Below are positions 40,195-53,436 of a stretch of 64,000 nt of DNA, one piece after another. This DNA is from Lingula anatina (lineage: Eukaryota > Animalia > Brachiopoda), in assembly GCA_051362555.1 (NCBI GenBank), contig CM120640.1, forward strand, positions 10,974,001 through 11,038,000, given 5' to 3'. The notes below the pieces were generated by a model. That model worked only from the letters and a program-made list of their open reading frames with translations. It made no database searches and was not told where the DNA came from. Within the stretch, counting starts at the first letter, position 1. Each line of letters starts with the position of its first letter. Made by a program: the position numbers and the translations under genes.

Positions 40195-42059
40195 GTAAGT
40201 GTGCGAAAAATTATTGAAATCGTAACTTACAGAGTTTTAGAAGCAATTTCCACTCGAAGACTGTACACATATCGGCCTGCGTCTCGTATTTCTTTAATTT
40301 TTTTTAATTGAATGTGCATCAGAGGCTACATGCACACTGTTGGAATGGGTACTAAAATTAAGGCTCATTCCTACGGGAAGGCAAAGTTTCGTTAGTTATA
40401 CCGCTGAACTTGGCTCAGTCAGATTCAGCGTCAAAAATAAGTGACTTTCCTCTTAAGTGATAAGCATGCCAAGTTCAACGATTATCTTATTTCCGCGTAC
40501 ACTGTAGGTCGCAATGACTTACCAACCTTTTATCTCCTATTTGACTAATTTTGTTCGAGTTCTCCCAATTGGCTACATTCCTGGGCAAGCAAAGAACAAT
40601 TGATGCTACAGTTAAGTTAACAGAAACGTTAATGGTAAGCTTGTCCCCACAATTTTTTGAAAATTGCCATTGAAATTAGCAAGTAGCGGCTAAATATTAT
40701 TAAATTGACTTAAAACCTTTTTAATCCCCTCTTCAGAAACTCCCACATTGTATTGCTATTAGAGAACAACTCCAGGGGAACCAAAAAGAGAGACGTAATG
40801 AACATCATGATCGACTATTAAGTCAATAAGAACTATTGAAGTGCATTTTGAATATGTAAAAAGAGTCTGCACTCGCGGTGTGAACTGTATAATTGGTCTC
40901 TAACCTGTAGTGTGGTATATAATGTGACAGTAAGTGCAACTAGAACAAATTAACTTGGCAAGCATTGGTCTACGTCGGTCAGTAAATGAGCGATTTTCAC
41001 ATTGAAGTTTGAGAATAAATAAATAAATGAATTGATTAATTAATTAATTAATAACTGAATCTGGTCCATCGGTGTCCTATAAAGTATAAAAATTATCCAC
41101 CTGTATCCACTCATAGCACAGGGGTCAAAATCCAAAATGGTCCCCAATAGGCATATAACAGACCATGATACCTAAGAACCATACAGAGTTTATATCTGAT
41201 AAGGAATAACTTTTTCCAAAACATTTCTATTTGGGGGTTTCCTTTTTTTCTGAGTAATGAATGAAAACAAAATTTATAATCGTGTTTAGATGACTTTGAT
41301 TATCTAGACAGTGCCACTGGGACATCGTTTCTTTAATTGAATTCATCAATACACCAATGCAAAAAATACACAATCATTTTAATTCACAGATTAACTATAC
41401 CAAGTTCATATCTTGTATATTCCATTACTAGGCTAGCCTTAAGCTAAATCTAAGTCCAAACATTTTAAAATAAAATACATTATCATATTTGACTGACAAA
41501 GATTATATATATATATATAACGAAGCCAATGCCAATAATACCAACTGTCAATGTTTAGAGAAAATATCGAAATGTGCACTGCCTTTTGGGAGGTAGATCA
41601 TGTTTAAGTTTGCACTGGCTGCGCGGTGTCTTAAAGCAGACTAGCAAATACAACGAGCAAAATTAAATCATTTAAACTAAAAGGTAAATACATGTAACAC
41701 ATATATCATGAAAATCAACAGATTTGTATGTAATCTAGTAAAATGTCGTCACATCCCTTAATTCGTCATAAATAATTGACGCACGTTGATAAATGACGTA
41801 TGTTGTATCATTTCACTAGCAGTTCAAGGTTATTAAACCCTATATCACCCTACGTCCCGGTGTAACAGGAATGCAAGTCCTAGGAATGTAGTCCGGGCTC
41901 TTATATAATTAGCACAGGTTAGGTTTAGTTGTAGTGTTGGGGTGAGTATATGGGACGAATGTCACCTGTACAAAGTAATGGGAAGCGGACTACAGTTCCT
42001 AGCGGACTTCCATTCTTGTAACACAGGAACAGATTCCATATGGTCCACCCCAGACTTTT

Positions 42060-42207
42060 CAAGGGCGGATCTAGATTTATTTTCTGATAGTCTTCCAAAT
42101 TATCTTAGTCGATCCGTCCTCAATTTTTGACAGTCTTCCGACAGTAAAAATAAGATGCCCATCAATGTAAACTTGAAAACCCGGAAGACGGTCTACGTTC
42201 GCCCCTG
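42060..42207. mobile_element. Short hAT-like MITE remnant
   Basis: Imperfect terminal inverted repeats caagggcggatctaga ... tctacgttcgcccctg. No clear TSD. Confidence 0.35.
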
Positions 42208-43339
42208 CTTTGAAACATTTTCAAAAACTGTCTGTTTTTTTAATGCAGAAATATTTACAAAATTATTTACACTTTGTATATCATCATTTCGTGGATAATT
42301 GAACATCTTGTTAATGTCATGCCGTGACACGTTAGCACATGTATAATCTTCCAGTAGGCCCTATACGTGTATAATCTTGTGTTCAGCTTTATTATTTTGC
42401 GTACGAAGCTTATGAGCTCCCTATAATTGCAAAGGATGTTGTCAGTAAGCAATAACATGTACATGTATTATATTTACCGTTGAAGCTTGGCCACGTGCCA
42501 ATAGAATCCGGTTATATAAGCCCTCACACAAAAAATTTACTTTTTGGACCGTTAATCAATTCCGTATTAAGAAAGTTTATGGATCGCTCTATTATGTAGT
42601 TTTTACTCAAGTTTCATGTGCCATTGTGAAAAACGTTGGCACTGTTTCAAGCCCTGACCTGTTATCAGAAATCCCCCTAAAGGAAGATTTTGATATTTGG
42701 TTGAAACAAAACTGAAATTCCTGTAGAACGGTCTCACTGTTTACGCTTTAAGTGCGTTTTCGTATTAGATTTGGTTACAGAGTATTCTCGGGAACCACTG
42801 TAGATTATAATTCATTTAGAAAAACACCATCCACCTATTGGCATCTATCAATCCCTGCACCAATCATTACAGAAACAGTTTCTGAATCTTGAATAACAGT
42901 AATGTCATCAAGGTAGGCTTTCTGCCTGACACATTGTTTTGTGTAAACTGAAGAATATGTGATTTGTACAGGATATCAAATTTTTGTTTGACATATACTA
43001 ATATCTGATACTGAAATTTACGTTAAGTCCTCTATAGGGTGGACAGCGATCTTTGTGCGTCCCTTCTACGACCAAAAATGCGACCAGGACGCTCAATGGT
43101 CGCCAAAGAAAGAAATTTGTGGTTCAGCATGAATGCTTCTGCGAATAGTTATTCTTCTATTTAACTTATTCCCAGTGTTGGTGGATGGACTTCATTCATT
43201 TTGTTGACTTTTTTGATACCTACAATTTTCGAGTGACTTTCTAATGTGGGCATGTTCATTAGGGACAAGATCTAGATTACTATCGACTGTGTCGGTTCTG
43301 TAGTGTTCTATAGTGTTCTTATTACTCCAAGTTTGGGTA

Positions 43340-43572
43340 TGAGTGGGTGGTGGGAGTGAAATTGTAAATAGTGGTCCGTGTGTGTTGATTTACGCGATCT
43401 CATGTACCTCCTTGGTTTTCGGCACACCTGGGTGGGTAGGGTGCCATCCCTAGCAACAGAGAGTAAACAGTTAGGGCATTGTCCTTGCTTTCCTCTTGAG
43501 TGAACTTAATGTTTTATCTAGGTTGTTGATATGGTTGAAAAACCGCCCGAAAAACGTGTCGTCAACAAACCG
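43340..43572 (+). mobile_element. Degenerate SINE-like remnant
   Basis: 3' end gatatggttgaaaaaccgcccgaaaaacgtgtcgtcaacaaac resembles lophotrochozoan SINE tails as I recall them. No clear A/B boxes seen. Confidence 0.3.
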
Positions 43573-44870
43573 GTTACACAGTCTGGGTTTGGTGCCACCA
43601 AAACATGTTAGTGCTTTTTGTTCAAAGCTTCCCTTACACAGGTTGGCAACAGTGGGTGAGATTGAACTGAGATGGGACAGCCATGTAGCTGAAAAAATTC
43701 CCCTACAAATTCCACTATATTGTCAACGAGTCTCGGGTGGAGACCGCAACGTCGTTCAGTTGCTGATTTAAGTTGCAGTATCAGAGTTATACATAGTTCT
43801 TATTCACTTATTTAACAAGGTAGTTGTGTGACATGCCTACAACAATAAAAAACGAAAATCAATACTCGCTCGATGCTTTATAACAGCATGAAAAAACAGT
43901 TGCAAGTAATTTTTTTAAATAATCAGTGATTTTTTAACAGAACTGTGCAGATTGTCTTTGATTTATAAAAGCTTTGACTCGAGGATGTGTTCAGTACACA
44001 AAATGCGCTTGACACGACAATCACTGTTCTTACTCGGGCATTCATTGATATAAAAACCTTCATTGATATAAAAACCTTCATCATTCATTCACAGATTTGG
44101 TCGGTCTTATAGATTTCCCAGATAATTATAATGTTTAGTGGTCATCGTAAGGAATAGGTGCATGTTAGTTTGATGCCAATAATACTTTTGATGCCGTAAA
44201 GTTCTAACCATATTACACCAGGATATGCCATACTTTGTACCGTAATAATAATAATAAGAGGATGAGAGATTCCTCGTGGCTGGAGCCACGGTCACACTAC
44301 GTGAGAGTAGAGCATATATTTCATATCGTTATTGAGGATATTGATGTTGTATACAATTGATGGTGGGCATAATTAATCGGGGAGACCATTTTTCGAACCT
44401 CACATTAAGTAAGCATCTACATGTATGGCTGTAAAAGATAATATATTTTCATTCACTAATAAAGATAAGTTTAAAGAATTTGAACATGTTTTTAATTATT
44501 CTTACATTTACCAAACGTCAGAAGGAATATCAAGCAGTATTTTAGAGACTTAAGTGTCATTTTCATGAAGTGAACGTGACTCTAATGAAACACATTATGT
44601 CATATATATGTATACATACTGTAAAACACTTCTAACGCTGGTGAAAGAAAATATTCACAACAACAAAAATATCTTACTATATTTGTTTTTAATTGTACGA
44701 TGGTTCTCTCTAGAAACTTTCTTATGCTCAATCCTGTCAAGATTTTAAAGTTTTAAAAATATTGATATTGAAAAGAAACCTCAATTAAAAAGAAAGGAAG
44801 TTAAATAGGTCAACAGACATGTATGTTTGATTTCTGAGTTAAATAATGTGATTTTTTTTTTATTTTGCAG

Positions 44871-45107
44871 GAAATACCAGAGAGTTTGTACAGACAGACT
44901 CAAGTTGAACTGAATAGATTAGGAAACGGAAGAGTACGTATTGCGATGCAAAAACCAGAGATTCCTATACCTTGTCGGTTGGGTCATTGCGTCAATTCCG
45001 ATAAATATGCACTTCGCTTGTCACGCCCGAGGCGACGGAAAAACCAGATAACATTACCACGCTCACTTTGGCCTGCCTATCAACTTTTTTTGGGATCTTT
45101 GGCTCAG
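44871..45107 (+). CDS. Neurotrophin NT-B exon 2 (pro-domain)
   Basis: ttttttgcag|GAA ... GCTCAG|gtttgt, 237 nt, phase 0-0, open frame. Contains the polybasic site RPRRRK. Confidence 0.75.
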
Positions 45108-45247
45108 GTTTGTAACACGCCGTTTATGTTGTGAACAGTTTTGATTTATATTCATTTATCATAAAATTCTGTCAAACCGAAATTTAGCAAACAATTTTAG
45201 GACAAACTTACTAAAATTTGTAGGGTACGCAGATTATATTTTTCTTT

Positions 45248-45346
45248 TTTAATACGAATGGCGAATCCGGAGGGGGGGGGTCATAAGATGCTAAGGGCGA
45301 TTACTCGCTGTGCCCCCACCCCTCCGGATTCGCCATTCGTATTAAA
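45248..45346. repeat. Perfect 28-bp inverted repeat (MITE-like hairpin) in NT-B intron 2
   Basis: 45248-45275 tttaatacgaatggcgaatccggagggg is the exact reverse complement of 45319-45346. Confidence 0.9.
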
Positions 45347-45379
45347 CATTATAATTATCTATACATATCATTCCTTAAG

Positions 45380-45662
45380 GAATCAATGGACGACTTGGCG
45401 GGATCGAATGAAGGTGCGAAAGAAAGCGAGGCCAACGAAAAGCGCAAACCAAGTCCGGGAAGGGGATCAGATCAAGATATGACTAATCATGATTTTGACT
45501 TGAATGCGATAGGGGCGTATTATCATGTATGTTCTAGTGTAAGCGACTTCGAAATCATATCTGTTGCTATGAATGACAATCTGGATGAAGTTCAAGTCTT
45601 GCCGAATACTTGGGTTTTCACTACAAAATGCCGGATGCCAAGTCATTCTTGTTACGGAATTG
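45380..45662 (+). CDS. Neurotrophin NT-B exon 3 (end of pro-domain and first three knot Cys)
   Basis: ttccttaag|GAA ... GGAATTG|gtaagt, phase 0 to 1. VCSSVSDFEIISVAMNDNLDEVQVLPNTWVFTTKCRMPSHSCYGI aligns to NGF VCDSVSVW..TATDI..EV.VL..YFFETKCR...CRGI. Confidence 0.85.
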
Positions 45663-46338
45663 GTAAGTTACTATGTTGTAAATTAAATAGGTTTCTATCA
45701 CAATATTAAAAAAAAACATAATACCTACAGTTAAGTATATTTTTATTTAGCATGTCCTCATTCTTGATTGAATAATTCGTGGAAGTCTTTTAATTTTGTG
45801 AGAAATTGAATTAATGCGTCTCCAACCTCTTTCACCCCGCCTTGTGCATACTACCAAGACATTATAAAAGTGCGTGTCGGTGTCGGTAATGTACGCGGGA
45901 GACTGCAAATGGCACATGATTACGTTGAGCACCCGTTGCGAATGAAAAAACAAAGAAGAATTGGAACACAATCTAACATGATTATCTGCTGCTTTGCTCG
46001 GAAAATCGAGAAGTGCATATGATAACGTAGGCTTTTCCTTTCTGTCACCTGAGGGCGTAATGATAATATAACCACGTTGCATCACACCCTGTGCATACAA
46101 AATCTCACTCTACAGCAAGTCTGACTCCCACAACTTTGTGACAATCAATAACTCATTCCAGGGCTTCCGAAGTTGTCATTAACTTTCCATGACATTCATA
46201 AGATTAGTAATGAATACTTCACCGACATTGATGGTTACAAATGACATATTGCACAAACAAATTCTAATTATAGAATGTAAGGGTTTCAAATATTGCTGTT
46301 GTGAAGTAGGTAAAACGGGCTGGTTTATTGTTTTGCAG

Positions 46339-46496
46339 GCCCTGGATTTGAGTCTCATTGCGAGCAGATGAAGACATGGGTGCAAGCACTTGCCAGGCTA
46401 AATAAAGAATCCCCGTGGCAGTGGCATTGGATAACTGTAGATTCTTCCTGCAACTGCGGTGTAAGACCAAAGGCACCGGAATACAAGAAAAAATAA
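46339..46496 (+). CDS. Neurotrophin NT-B exon 4 (last three knot Cys)
   Basis: ttttgcag|GC, phase 1. GPGFESHCEQMKTWVQALARLNKESPWQWHWITVDSSCNCGVRPKAPEYKKK* aligns to NGF ..WNSYC...TFVKAL......WRFIRIDTACVC. Absent from the ORF track. Confidence 0.88.
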
Positions 46497-49400
46497 GATG
46501 CGTTTGACCGGGGCCTAAAACTTAGGCCTTGTCATATGAAAACGTTACTAAGGATGTAATGAAAACATTCTCGTGGTGAATTAAGACTACGATACTACAG
46601 TGACTATAGTGTATTAACAACATCCTTTTTGTTTTTGGCAATTTATACAGTATATAAGAATTATTCACTAATCTGTTGGGGTTTCATGAAAGAAAATCAA
46701 CAGAAATGATGGACCGTATAAGCGGCATTCATAGTGTGATGTCTTTATATCTGTTAGCTTCTTCTTGTTAAAAGCACATGTTCATCTTTCCGTGGTGAAT
46801 TTCTGTTCTTGAAGAGTTTGTTTTTGTCCTTTTTTGCAGGTAAGAATTGGACAAATAATTAAGTGAGTACCAAAGTGTAATAAAACAGGTTAAAGATGTT
46901 ATTTTGATTTCATGTCATGTAGCATGAAAAGTGTTTAAAAGATGACTGGTTGACTCCTGTTATTGTTTCATTCTCTGCATGAAAGAGGCGTTGACTACAA
47001 ATACGTCTGAAAAAAAAAACACCAACATTTGATTAGGTACACCATGCAGGTGCATTTCAAGGCGCCCTTTCGTAACACCATAATGCAAAGTACACTCGCA
47101 TCATTGAATGAATGAATGACAAGAACGTCCCACTCATATACTACATCGTCAACCATGGCCTAACGACAATGCTGCAACAGTCGTTTGAATGTTCGAAAAA
47201 ACAATAAAGAATTGCCCGGAAATGCACCTTCTGTGGCATATGTTGTCGTGTGTCTGTGTGATTCATTATAGATTTACTTGTGTGGCAATTGCAATTAAAT
47301 CTTTGGACAACCATCGGTCCGAGCAATTGAACTTCACAACAAACAAAAAACAAAAAGTTTACGGTCTTACTGCTTAAAGTCAGACAGTAGTAAAAATATT
47401 TTGCAGCCTGCGAATAAACTTACAGTATTTACCAAGATATAACACTTATGTTTTCATATGTCGTAATCTGTATGAGTGTAACAAGTCATATAAAGTTTTA
47501 CTAGTTAGAGATTGAAGCAATTACTCACTTAAATCTGAATTTAACACAGAATGTTACCCGTAGCTTTCATCCATAGTATCAAGAGGAATGTCATCTGGTA
47601 CTACAGAATGTGCTTTTTAACGTAAGATAACTTCTAATCAAGCAATAACATTCTGAGTGCCAATTGTTTGTACACTTATATTGTATTTCTATTGTGCGTT
47701 ATCTAAACGAATCTGTTTTGCTTGCCGCGGTCGATAATTCTAATCAGTTTCATCTTCGTGGAATGTAGATAAGTGCGGAGTTGCTAGAACAAAGTGACTG
47801 ATAGCGTTTTAAGTCAAGATCGAGGTTCACCAAATAACTGAATCGTTAAATTTGAACTTGACTTTTCCATTTATGCAGTCCATGATAATCGGTTTAACCT
47901 TGTAGCTGTGGTTTTCTTGAATGGACGAAGTATTCAAACATTGCCCTACATATTAATGGTACTAAATGGCTTTTTTTGTCATTTGCTTTGTCGACCTCAA
48001 AGAAGTTGCAGATGTGATACCAATGACCTTAAACAACTTCTCCTTATTCCTGAGAGAATATATTAACATAAAGTGTAACAATATGCAGATAATGTTATTA
48101 TATATAATTTTTCTCTTTTACACTGTTTTGTAATTTAACATAGTAATTCCTCCGATGGTCGCCTGTGAATTCCCTAGATCTACGATATTCAATTGTAAAA
48201 ACTGCGCAGGGCAAAAATGTAATAAAAGAATTGTTCAATAGTTATTTCCGTTAGTCGCATGGTAAAATGTATAATACTTCTATAAACGATTGTGCTACAT
48301 GCGATTGTTCCGATGTGTGAAGTGTCTATTTAAATGATGAATGATTTCCGTATCATCATTATATTTGTATACAAGTGAGTGTTTAAGTCATAGTTGTCTT
48401 GACATGACTGTTGCATGACACAAAAGTGTCTATAGAGAAGGTTGGCTTTTGGGAACAGCTTCGCGGAAACTTGCATCTCCATTTGTTTTTTTTTTCATAG
48501 ATTAAATGAGTTTTATACACCTGGGTACCTTTAAAGGAAGCATGCTAGTTAATTGAATCCCGTGCGTAAGGAAATCGGTCACAAAGAACAATAATTTAAG
48601 AAGTATGTAAAGACGAGACAGGATTTTGACGAGACAGTCTTTTTTATGGGAGGGAGGAGGATGAGATGGTTATTCACCTCATTTTTCATTGATTGTTTTC
48701 ATCGGATTAAATCCCAAGAGAAGACGTGGGCGTCCTTCGGCGTCTAAATATCATTGTGCACGACAATCATTGGTGATACATGTAGGAGATATACTTGAGA
48801 TACTGATAATAGAGTCCTTTCCAGATTCAAACCCTGAACTTCACATTCCGGCAAACATTCTTATCCACAAGAAAGAATTCGTTTGCTTTAAAAGGCCTGT
48901 ATAGGTGGCAAGGGTTCACAAGATGGTCCACACCGAACTTAGGGTGCCACAGGATTGGAGCAAAATCTTCGTTCGTTGTTATTCCAAACAAAGTTTATTG
49001 TGGAGTTTTCATACGCAAAGACCTAATAAGCGACGCATTTGGACTTACATATAATGTTTTTATTGTTAATACCTAATATAACTATAAATAATAACCAGAT
49101 GTTTAGTCCAAGACAGGGGCATGTTCAGTCCCTAGAAAACGTACGTATATAGATTTGAGGGGCCCGACGTGACTAGACTTTTAGATCAAAATCTGTGTCC
49201 ACTTTGATACGAGATGAATTGATAATAGTCCAATTCAATGGGATAAGCTACTTGCTGCTACTGCACCTCTTTAATAACAGGAGAGATCAATAATTACTTT
49301 ATTGAAGTCGACTGCTATGGCTTGACTTGAATAGAAATAGACTAAATATTAGTCTAAGAGTTCACACTAAACATTGGTGAAAAGTTCCTTTGCAAACCCG

Positions 49401-50389
49401 ACCTCAGATCTAGTATACCTCTAAAAATTTAGATCAATTATAGCCGTTTTGTAAAAAAAAGTCCCGTGGGGTATTTTGCCGTTCAACCGGACAGTGTCGG
49501 CAATGTAACCTGTCAGAAAAACACATCAACATACTACGCACTCACTAGTAGTCCGTCTACTTGAAAAGCGAAACTCGTGAATGCGAGAACACATTTACAG
49601 TAGAGTGACATATTTATGAATAGTCACAAGTTTATAAACGCCTCGTCGCTTCTCGATAGGCATGATCACCGGTATGTTAAATGCAATTTCGTATGAAATG
49701 GCAGTAATAATAACAACAGTTTGAGGTATCTACAACATCACCCTCACCTATACGACAACTTTCTTCTTTCAGCCTTCTGTAGGTGTGTGTCAAGCACCTG
49801 TTGCTTTATGGTTACCATTTCTTTACACCCCTCAAGGACGAAACGAGCGCATTCTTGCCAGGACCATTTTTATATATCTGACAAGTCCCAGGGCGTGGAA
49901 ATAAAAACCAATTTCCATTAAAAGTTTATTAAACAAATAACAAGAAAATAAACAAATGGAATAACGAAAGTGTTAACTACGACTCAGTAAACACTGGGTC
50001 CTAGGTGTTAGTGTGGAGTTTTAGCATATAGTCAAAGCCAGTCATCATGCTAAACTTTTACATTCTCATGTGCTGCCTGCCCCTAAAAGAAATAACTAGT
50101 AGGTTTAATTACTTTTTCAAAGCTACATAGCTCGATGCACAAAATAAAAAACACACACCGAAGTAATAGTACGTGTAGGCTTCCTCTTCTAAGAAGAAAG
50201 GCACGGCGATGCTAACACCGCTCATTGTCGGGAAAACAACGCTGTCACTAACTTGACAGATACACTATAGAATTCATTATAGTTGTTCCGGGGTAAGGAC
50301 AATCTAATGCCCCCCTCCTCTGGCAAATCGATAACTAAAGCCATTACAAAATCGATGAAAGATTTGAAAAAAGAAAACTTTATTAAGAC

Positions 50390-50392
<3 letters not shown>

Positions 50393-50427
<35 letters not shown>
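50393..50427. repeat. (AG)n microsatellite
   Basis: Direct reading. Confidence 0.95.
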
Positions 50428-50430
<3 letters not shown>

Positions 50431-51304
50431 AAGACTTGGTACCAGTATATCGTGATCATAAAGTTACTATTTCAGTCGACAGATGAGCTGACAATGTAAA
50501 TGACAAACATGTATCATTCATGGATGGTTATAACGCACAAACTATGAAACTGTGCTCACGTTTCCCTTTTATTAAACGGTAGTGTTTTTTGCATTTGTTT
50601 CAACGGCTGGGTACTCAAGGGAGTTTTTTTAAGGAATGCAATGGGCAGAGGCCTTTATAGGGAAAAAATCCTGAAATTTTTTAACAATTATCACTAAGGT
50701 ATACCTTATCCAACCCCGGTGAAAAAAATTGCCATTAATAAATCCGTTTCCGAGTTCTTCAGTTCAAACTTACTTGAGTGTCTAAAAAACTACAGATTTG
50801 GAAAATTCGAGCACAAAGACGTTTAGGGTTAGCCAAAAGTAACGTGGAGGGGAATGTCACCTGCTGCAAGCAATGGAAAACAGACTTCCATTCATGTCAC
50901 ACTTAACTGCTTGAAATATATATACCGGATCATAGTGAAGAAAAACAATAAAGTATTTTATTACTTTATTAAAAAGTTGTCGGTACCATAGTATTTGATC
51001 GTTATTTACAAAAATTTTATGGGTAATATACAAGTTACTTATTTACTGTCAAAGTCGAATGTCTATATTTGTTGAGATTTATTGCTCATCGTGTCTGGAT
51101 CTTATATACGCAATCCAGGCGGGTGAATATTCTATTCCACATTGGATCACGGATGATTATTCAATGGTTAGCTCTATCTAAAATATTTTGTATGTACAAA
51201 AAGTCCCAATATTATTTATATGCTTATTAAATCAACACGATCAGTCTGCTATATGCTTAATATACATTTCTAGCTGTCACTTGATGTAAAAAAAAACCGG
51301 TACA

Positions 51305-51495
51305 CTATGAAAACAATTTTGCAAGTGATATGCATAAAACTGAAAGTCCAAAGGAAAATGTCGCTGAACTGGCACCATTACACTCGTCAGTAGTACACGT
51401 GCATTTGGTGACCTTTTGGTTTCCCTGCCACTGTTCATCGCATCGGTTGTTTCCACGACTGGTGAAAGCGCAGTCCCTTGAAACGGTGTATTTTC
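51305..51495 (-). CDS. LDLa-Ly6 paralogue A exon 4 (Ly6/quiver C-half plus GPI signal)
   Basis: tttactcag|GA; KYTVSRDC...RC...KCTCTTDECNGASS then hydrophobic tail FSFGLSVLCISLAKLFS*. Confidence 0.88.
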
Positions 51496-51651
51496 CTGAG
51501 TAAAACAGAGAAAATGTGTTAATTCGTGCTAATATTTTTGAAAAGGTAACAATTGTATAAATCAAAGGTGGGCAGACACCAAACTTAGGGAAAAGCATGT
51601 TACTTTAAGTTTCAGGATGTATAGAAAATGTAGGTGTGAGAAAATAGATAC

Positions 51652-51747
51652 CGTTTTCTTCCTGTACAACTTTCTGGCAACCACTGTCACACAACTTAAT
51701 CACACTATATGTGAACTCGCAGTCAAGGCAGAAGAAACAGCGTCTCC
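51652..51747 (-). CDS. LDLa-Ly6 paralogue A exon 3 (Ly6 N-half)
   Basis: ttcttacag|GG...AACG|gtatct, phase 1-1; RRCFFCLDCEFTYSVIKLCDSGCQKVVQEEN. Confidence 0.85.
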
Positions 51748-52247
51748 CTGTAAGAAATAATGACGTAAAATTGATTTTATCTCTGATAATTACTTTTCTT
51801 CCATATTCTTATTGGACACGTCTTTCCCAAAATGCTATGCTTGAGATAGTACACCGTTACCCAAACAATATATGCCAGAACAGTTCGCGTCTCTGCGAGA
51901 GCTGTTCAATGCAAATATCGCGAGAGGGTGGCAGTGTATAGTTTGACAAACATACCAAAGAAAGTAAAAGCATTTTACCGAAAAAAAAAACCGTAAAACC
52001 AAGTAAAGGGTATATCGCCAAGGTCATATAACATCGATCTCTATGAATGTATCAGCACACACTTAACACATCTCTATCACTTTTTTAATCACATCATGAT
52101 ACATTTTTTTCAAAAATGGACTGTAAAATTTATAAACTTAGGATACAAGGAAAATGCTATGAAAACGATGTCTGAAGTTTTTAAAGTAAGGAAACAGTAC
52201 GTTATGGAGATGAATGTGATAAAATTAGTAAAATCAATTAATCGTAC

Positions 52248-52388
52248 GGCATTTAGCTCTTGGCCCTTCATCTGATCCGTCTCCACAGTCATCTATTCCA
52301 TTGCATAGAAGATCCTTGTTTATACAGCGCAGGTTGCCACAGATGAACTTCGTATAGTCACAGAAATTGGGAGGGTCTTGGCACACAC
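52248..52388 (-). CDS. LDLa-Ly6 paralogue A exon 2 (LDL-receptor class A module)
   Basis: attgtag|GT...TGCC|gtacg, phase 1-1; [38 protein letters not shown], with 6 Cys and DCxDxSDE. Confidence 0.88.
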
Positions 52389-53262
52389 CTACAATATGCA
52401 ATTTAACAACATAATTACACACATGTATATATTTAGGCCTACATTATCCCCAGAGCAGTGTAATAACATATTTATGAACATGTTACACTTGTCTTCTGAC
52501 CGTAACATATTCACGCATTGGTTCATTGCAATTGTATTCTACCGGTGAAGGGTTTTTCACGGGTTTCGAGTGTACATTTGACGCCCAAGATACAAAGGTG
52601 CTAACAGCAAGTCTCGTTTTTAGTGTTTTGTCCTGGTGCCATCAGAGCGTCTATTACTAACGTGCTCATAATAGGTATATTGCCACGTGTACTCCCAACG
52701 TTTAATTATTAAAAGGAGGCCCCAAGTTAAACTACTCTCCCTTAAGTGCTTGCTCGTGCGAAAGTTGTGCAGCTTGTACTAGTATGAACTATAATAATAT
52801 ATGAAATCAAATATGGCGGACTCCACTTAGATGTTTTAAGTTAAAAGGCGAATTATTTTGTTTATGATATTGTTCAAATGATTTTGATGTCAAAGTAAGA
52901 AAAAATGAACATAACGTAGACAAGATTCTTCTTTTGTATATCATTTGTTCAATAAATTAAACGAAAAGTTTAAACTCGTCTCTTAAGTTTTTGTAAACAA
53001 TGATGGGCACTTCCTAAACTGAGGGGAGTTTTGAATTAAAGCCATACCCACATGTAACCGAAATCGTTAATATAAAGTATAATCCAAAAACTTGACAAAG
53101 GAAGCATGACTGACATGTTTAAGCCATATCAACATGGCAAAATTCAACAATGTATGTGTATTAGCTAGTATATGAATATCCTTATTCAACAATGGTAACG
53201 AATTCAAATCGCTGTGACCTAGTTACTTGCTACTTTTAAGTTTAACTGATACAATACCTTAC

Positions 53263-53332
53263 CTGTGTGTAAAACCGTGGCTATAAAAACGATTAAAACA
53301 GCCAATATAGTGTATGAGCACCACTTTCCCAT
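53263..53332 (-). CDS. LDLa-Ly6 paralogue A exon 1 (signal peptide); 165 aa when spliced
   Basis: MGKWCSYTILAVLIVFIATVLHT, donor CAG|gtaagg, phase 1. Confidence 0.82.
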
Positions 53333-53436
53333 CTCGGATCTTCTTGGTCGTAAAAGGAATTCTTAAACCATCTGAAAACTACACTTAGATCTTCCAAGCT
53401 CTGTAAGACCTATTTTGTCACCCGCACAGGTGTGAT

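Noticed and set aside
43134-43208. Signal-peptide-like MLLRIVILLFNLFPVLVDG as NT-B first exon
   Set aside because: Runs into a stop with no good donor; 40090-40194 has a perfect in-phase donor.
46116-46141. Alternative NT-B acceptor ctctacag
   Set aside because: Hits a stop after 8 codons in the required phase, whereas 46339 completes the cystine knot.
48689-48904. KRRRGRP ORF as AT-hook protein or RTE LINE tail
   Set aside because: Only a 7-residue resemblance, with no supporting splice sites or further motifs.
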